Below, piece after piece: positions 62,990-64,000 of a DNA stretch of 64,000 nucleotides. Made by a program: the position numbers and the translations under genes. Under the pieces are notes generated by a model. The model made no database searches. It saw only the letters and a program-made list of their open reading frames with translations, and was not told where the DNA came from. This DNA comes from Octopus bimaculoides. Lineage: Eukaryota. Position 1 is the stretch's first letter. Every line of letters begins with the position of its first letter. Location: contig NC_068985.1 of NCBI RefSeq assembly GCF_001194135.2, forward strand, positions 61,255,520-61,319,519. Direction: 5' to 3'.

Positions 62990-63488
62990 AATTCACAAAA
63001 GAACAACAGATGAAGACAGGTGGTGTAGAAAACAAACAGATATATTAGTATAATGCTCAGGAATTGAAAAAGTCTTTAACATTTCGAGCCTATGCTCTTC
63101 CACAGAAAGGAACACAGAAAGAAACAAGGAGAGAAAAAAAATGTGTGTAGTGGTTAGCGATCTATCATGGCGAATGCCGGACTGAAGGGTCACGCAGGAG
63201 AGTTAAGAAGAAGGGGAGATAACAAAGTAGTAGTGATCTCAAACCGAAGAGAGTGCTGGTGATCTTGACATATGCATGTGTGTATGTGTAGGTGTGAAAA
63301 TGTGGGGATGGAAATTGGTCAGTGCTGGTGTGTGCATGGTAGTATGTTGTGATGTGTTGTGTGGCATTGTGTAGCATGGTGTTGGGAGGTGGGGAGGCGA
63401 GAGTGAGGAAAACACGGGTGGGGTGTGGGTTAGGCTGAGGTGGGGGTATGTGGGTAGACAGAGGTTGGGGTAGGTGGGGTATGTAGAG

Positions 63489-63490
<2 letters not shown>
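62990..63490 (-). mobile_element. PLE-type 3' end with a short hammerhead-like motif
   Basis: C/A-rich tract, then rc CTTT-CTGTGGA-A-GAGC-ATAG-GCTC-GAAA-TGTT-AAAG; similar to 14558-14584. Confidence 0.6.
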
Positions 63491-63525
<35 letters not shown>

Positions 63526-63804
63526 TCATCATTTGCTGCAATTCTTTTCATTCACAATTCCTCACTCAAAATTCGTTGGCAGGAATTCCAGGACACACCA
63601 GTTATATCAACAAGTTCATCAATTGTTTGGTGATGGTCTTCAAAGTAGACTGAATGCTTTTTACATGGCACTAGCACAGGCGAGGTCAGTTTTGGCATGG
63701 CTTTTACAGCTGGAAGCCTTTCCAAATGCCAACCACTTCAGTGTGGATGGGATGCTTTTTAAATAACACCAGCACACACACACATGTATATATATATATA
63801 TATA

Positions 63805-64000
63805 TCATCATCATCATCATCATCATCGTTTAACGTCCGCTTTCCATGCTAGCATGGGTTGGACGATTTGACTGAGGACTGGTGAAACCGGATGGCAACA
63901 CCAGGCTCCAATCTAATTTGGCAGAGTTTCTACAGCTGGATGCCCTTCCTAACGCCAACCACTCAGAGAGTGTAGTGGGTGCTTTTACGTGTCACCCGCA
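63805..64000 (-). mobile_element. Young RTE 3' end continuing beyond the window
   Basis: (CAT)n-CGTTTAACGTCCGCTTTCCATGC; nearly identical to rc of 3965-4155, CpGs retained. Confidence 0.9.

Overview
AT-rich, microsatellite-laden eukaryotic non-coding DNA with ten N gaps (about 11293-11500, 12348-12841, 20762-20873, 22380-22616, 24212-24471, 27525-27554, 42855-43690, 44346-44355, 53316-54104, 62910-62938). The repeat set (RTE LINEs with (GAT)n tails, tRNA-headed SINEs with internal (GT)n tracts) resembles an octopus draft genome. That is my inference from recalled repeat families, not a database result. I cannot support any host gene. The window is a field of decayed mobile elements: two Mag-like Gypsy LTR elements (one structurally complete with a 5-bp TSD, one internally deleted and nested), several RTE copies, CR1 and possible L1/Tx1 fragments, mariner, maT and Tigger transposons with MITEs, and at least five Penelope-like element (PLE) fragments. 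Most notable: (i) up to seven hammerhead-ribozyme-like motifs of varying quality, one inside a 520-bp non-coding direct-repeat unit that looks like a retrozyme; (ii) a PLE endonuclease whose GIY and YIG motifs are separated by 140 in-frame low-complexity codons, with the start of the insert shared by a second diverged copy. All alignments and translations were done by eye, so coordinates of decayed elements are approximate.
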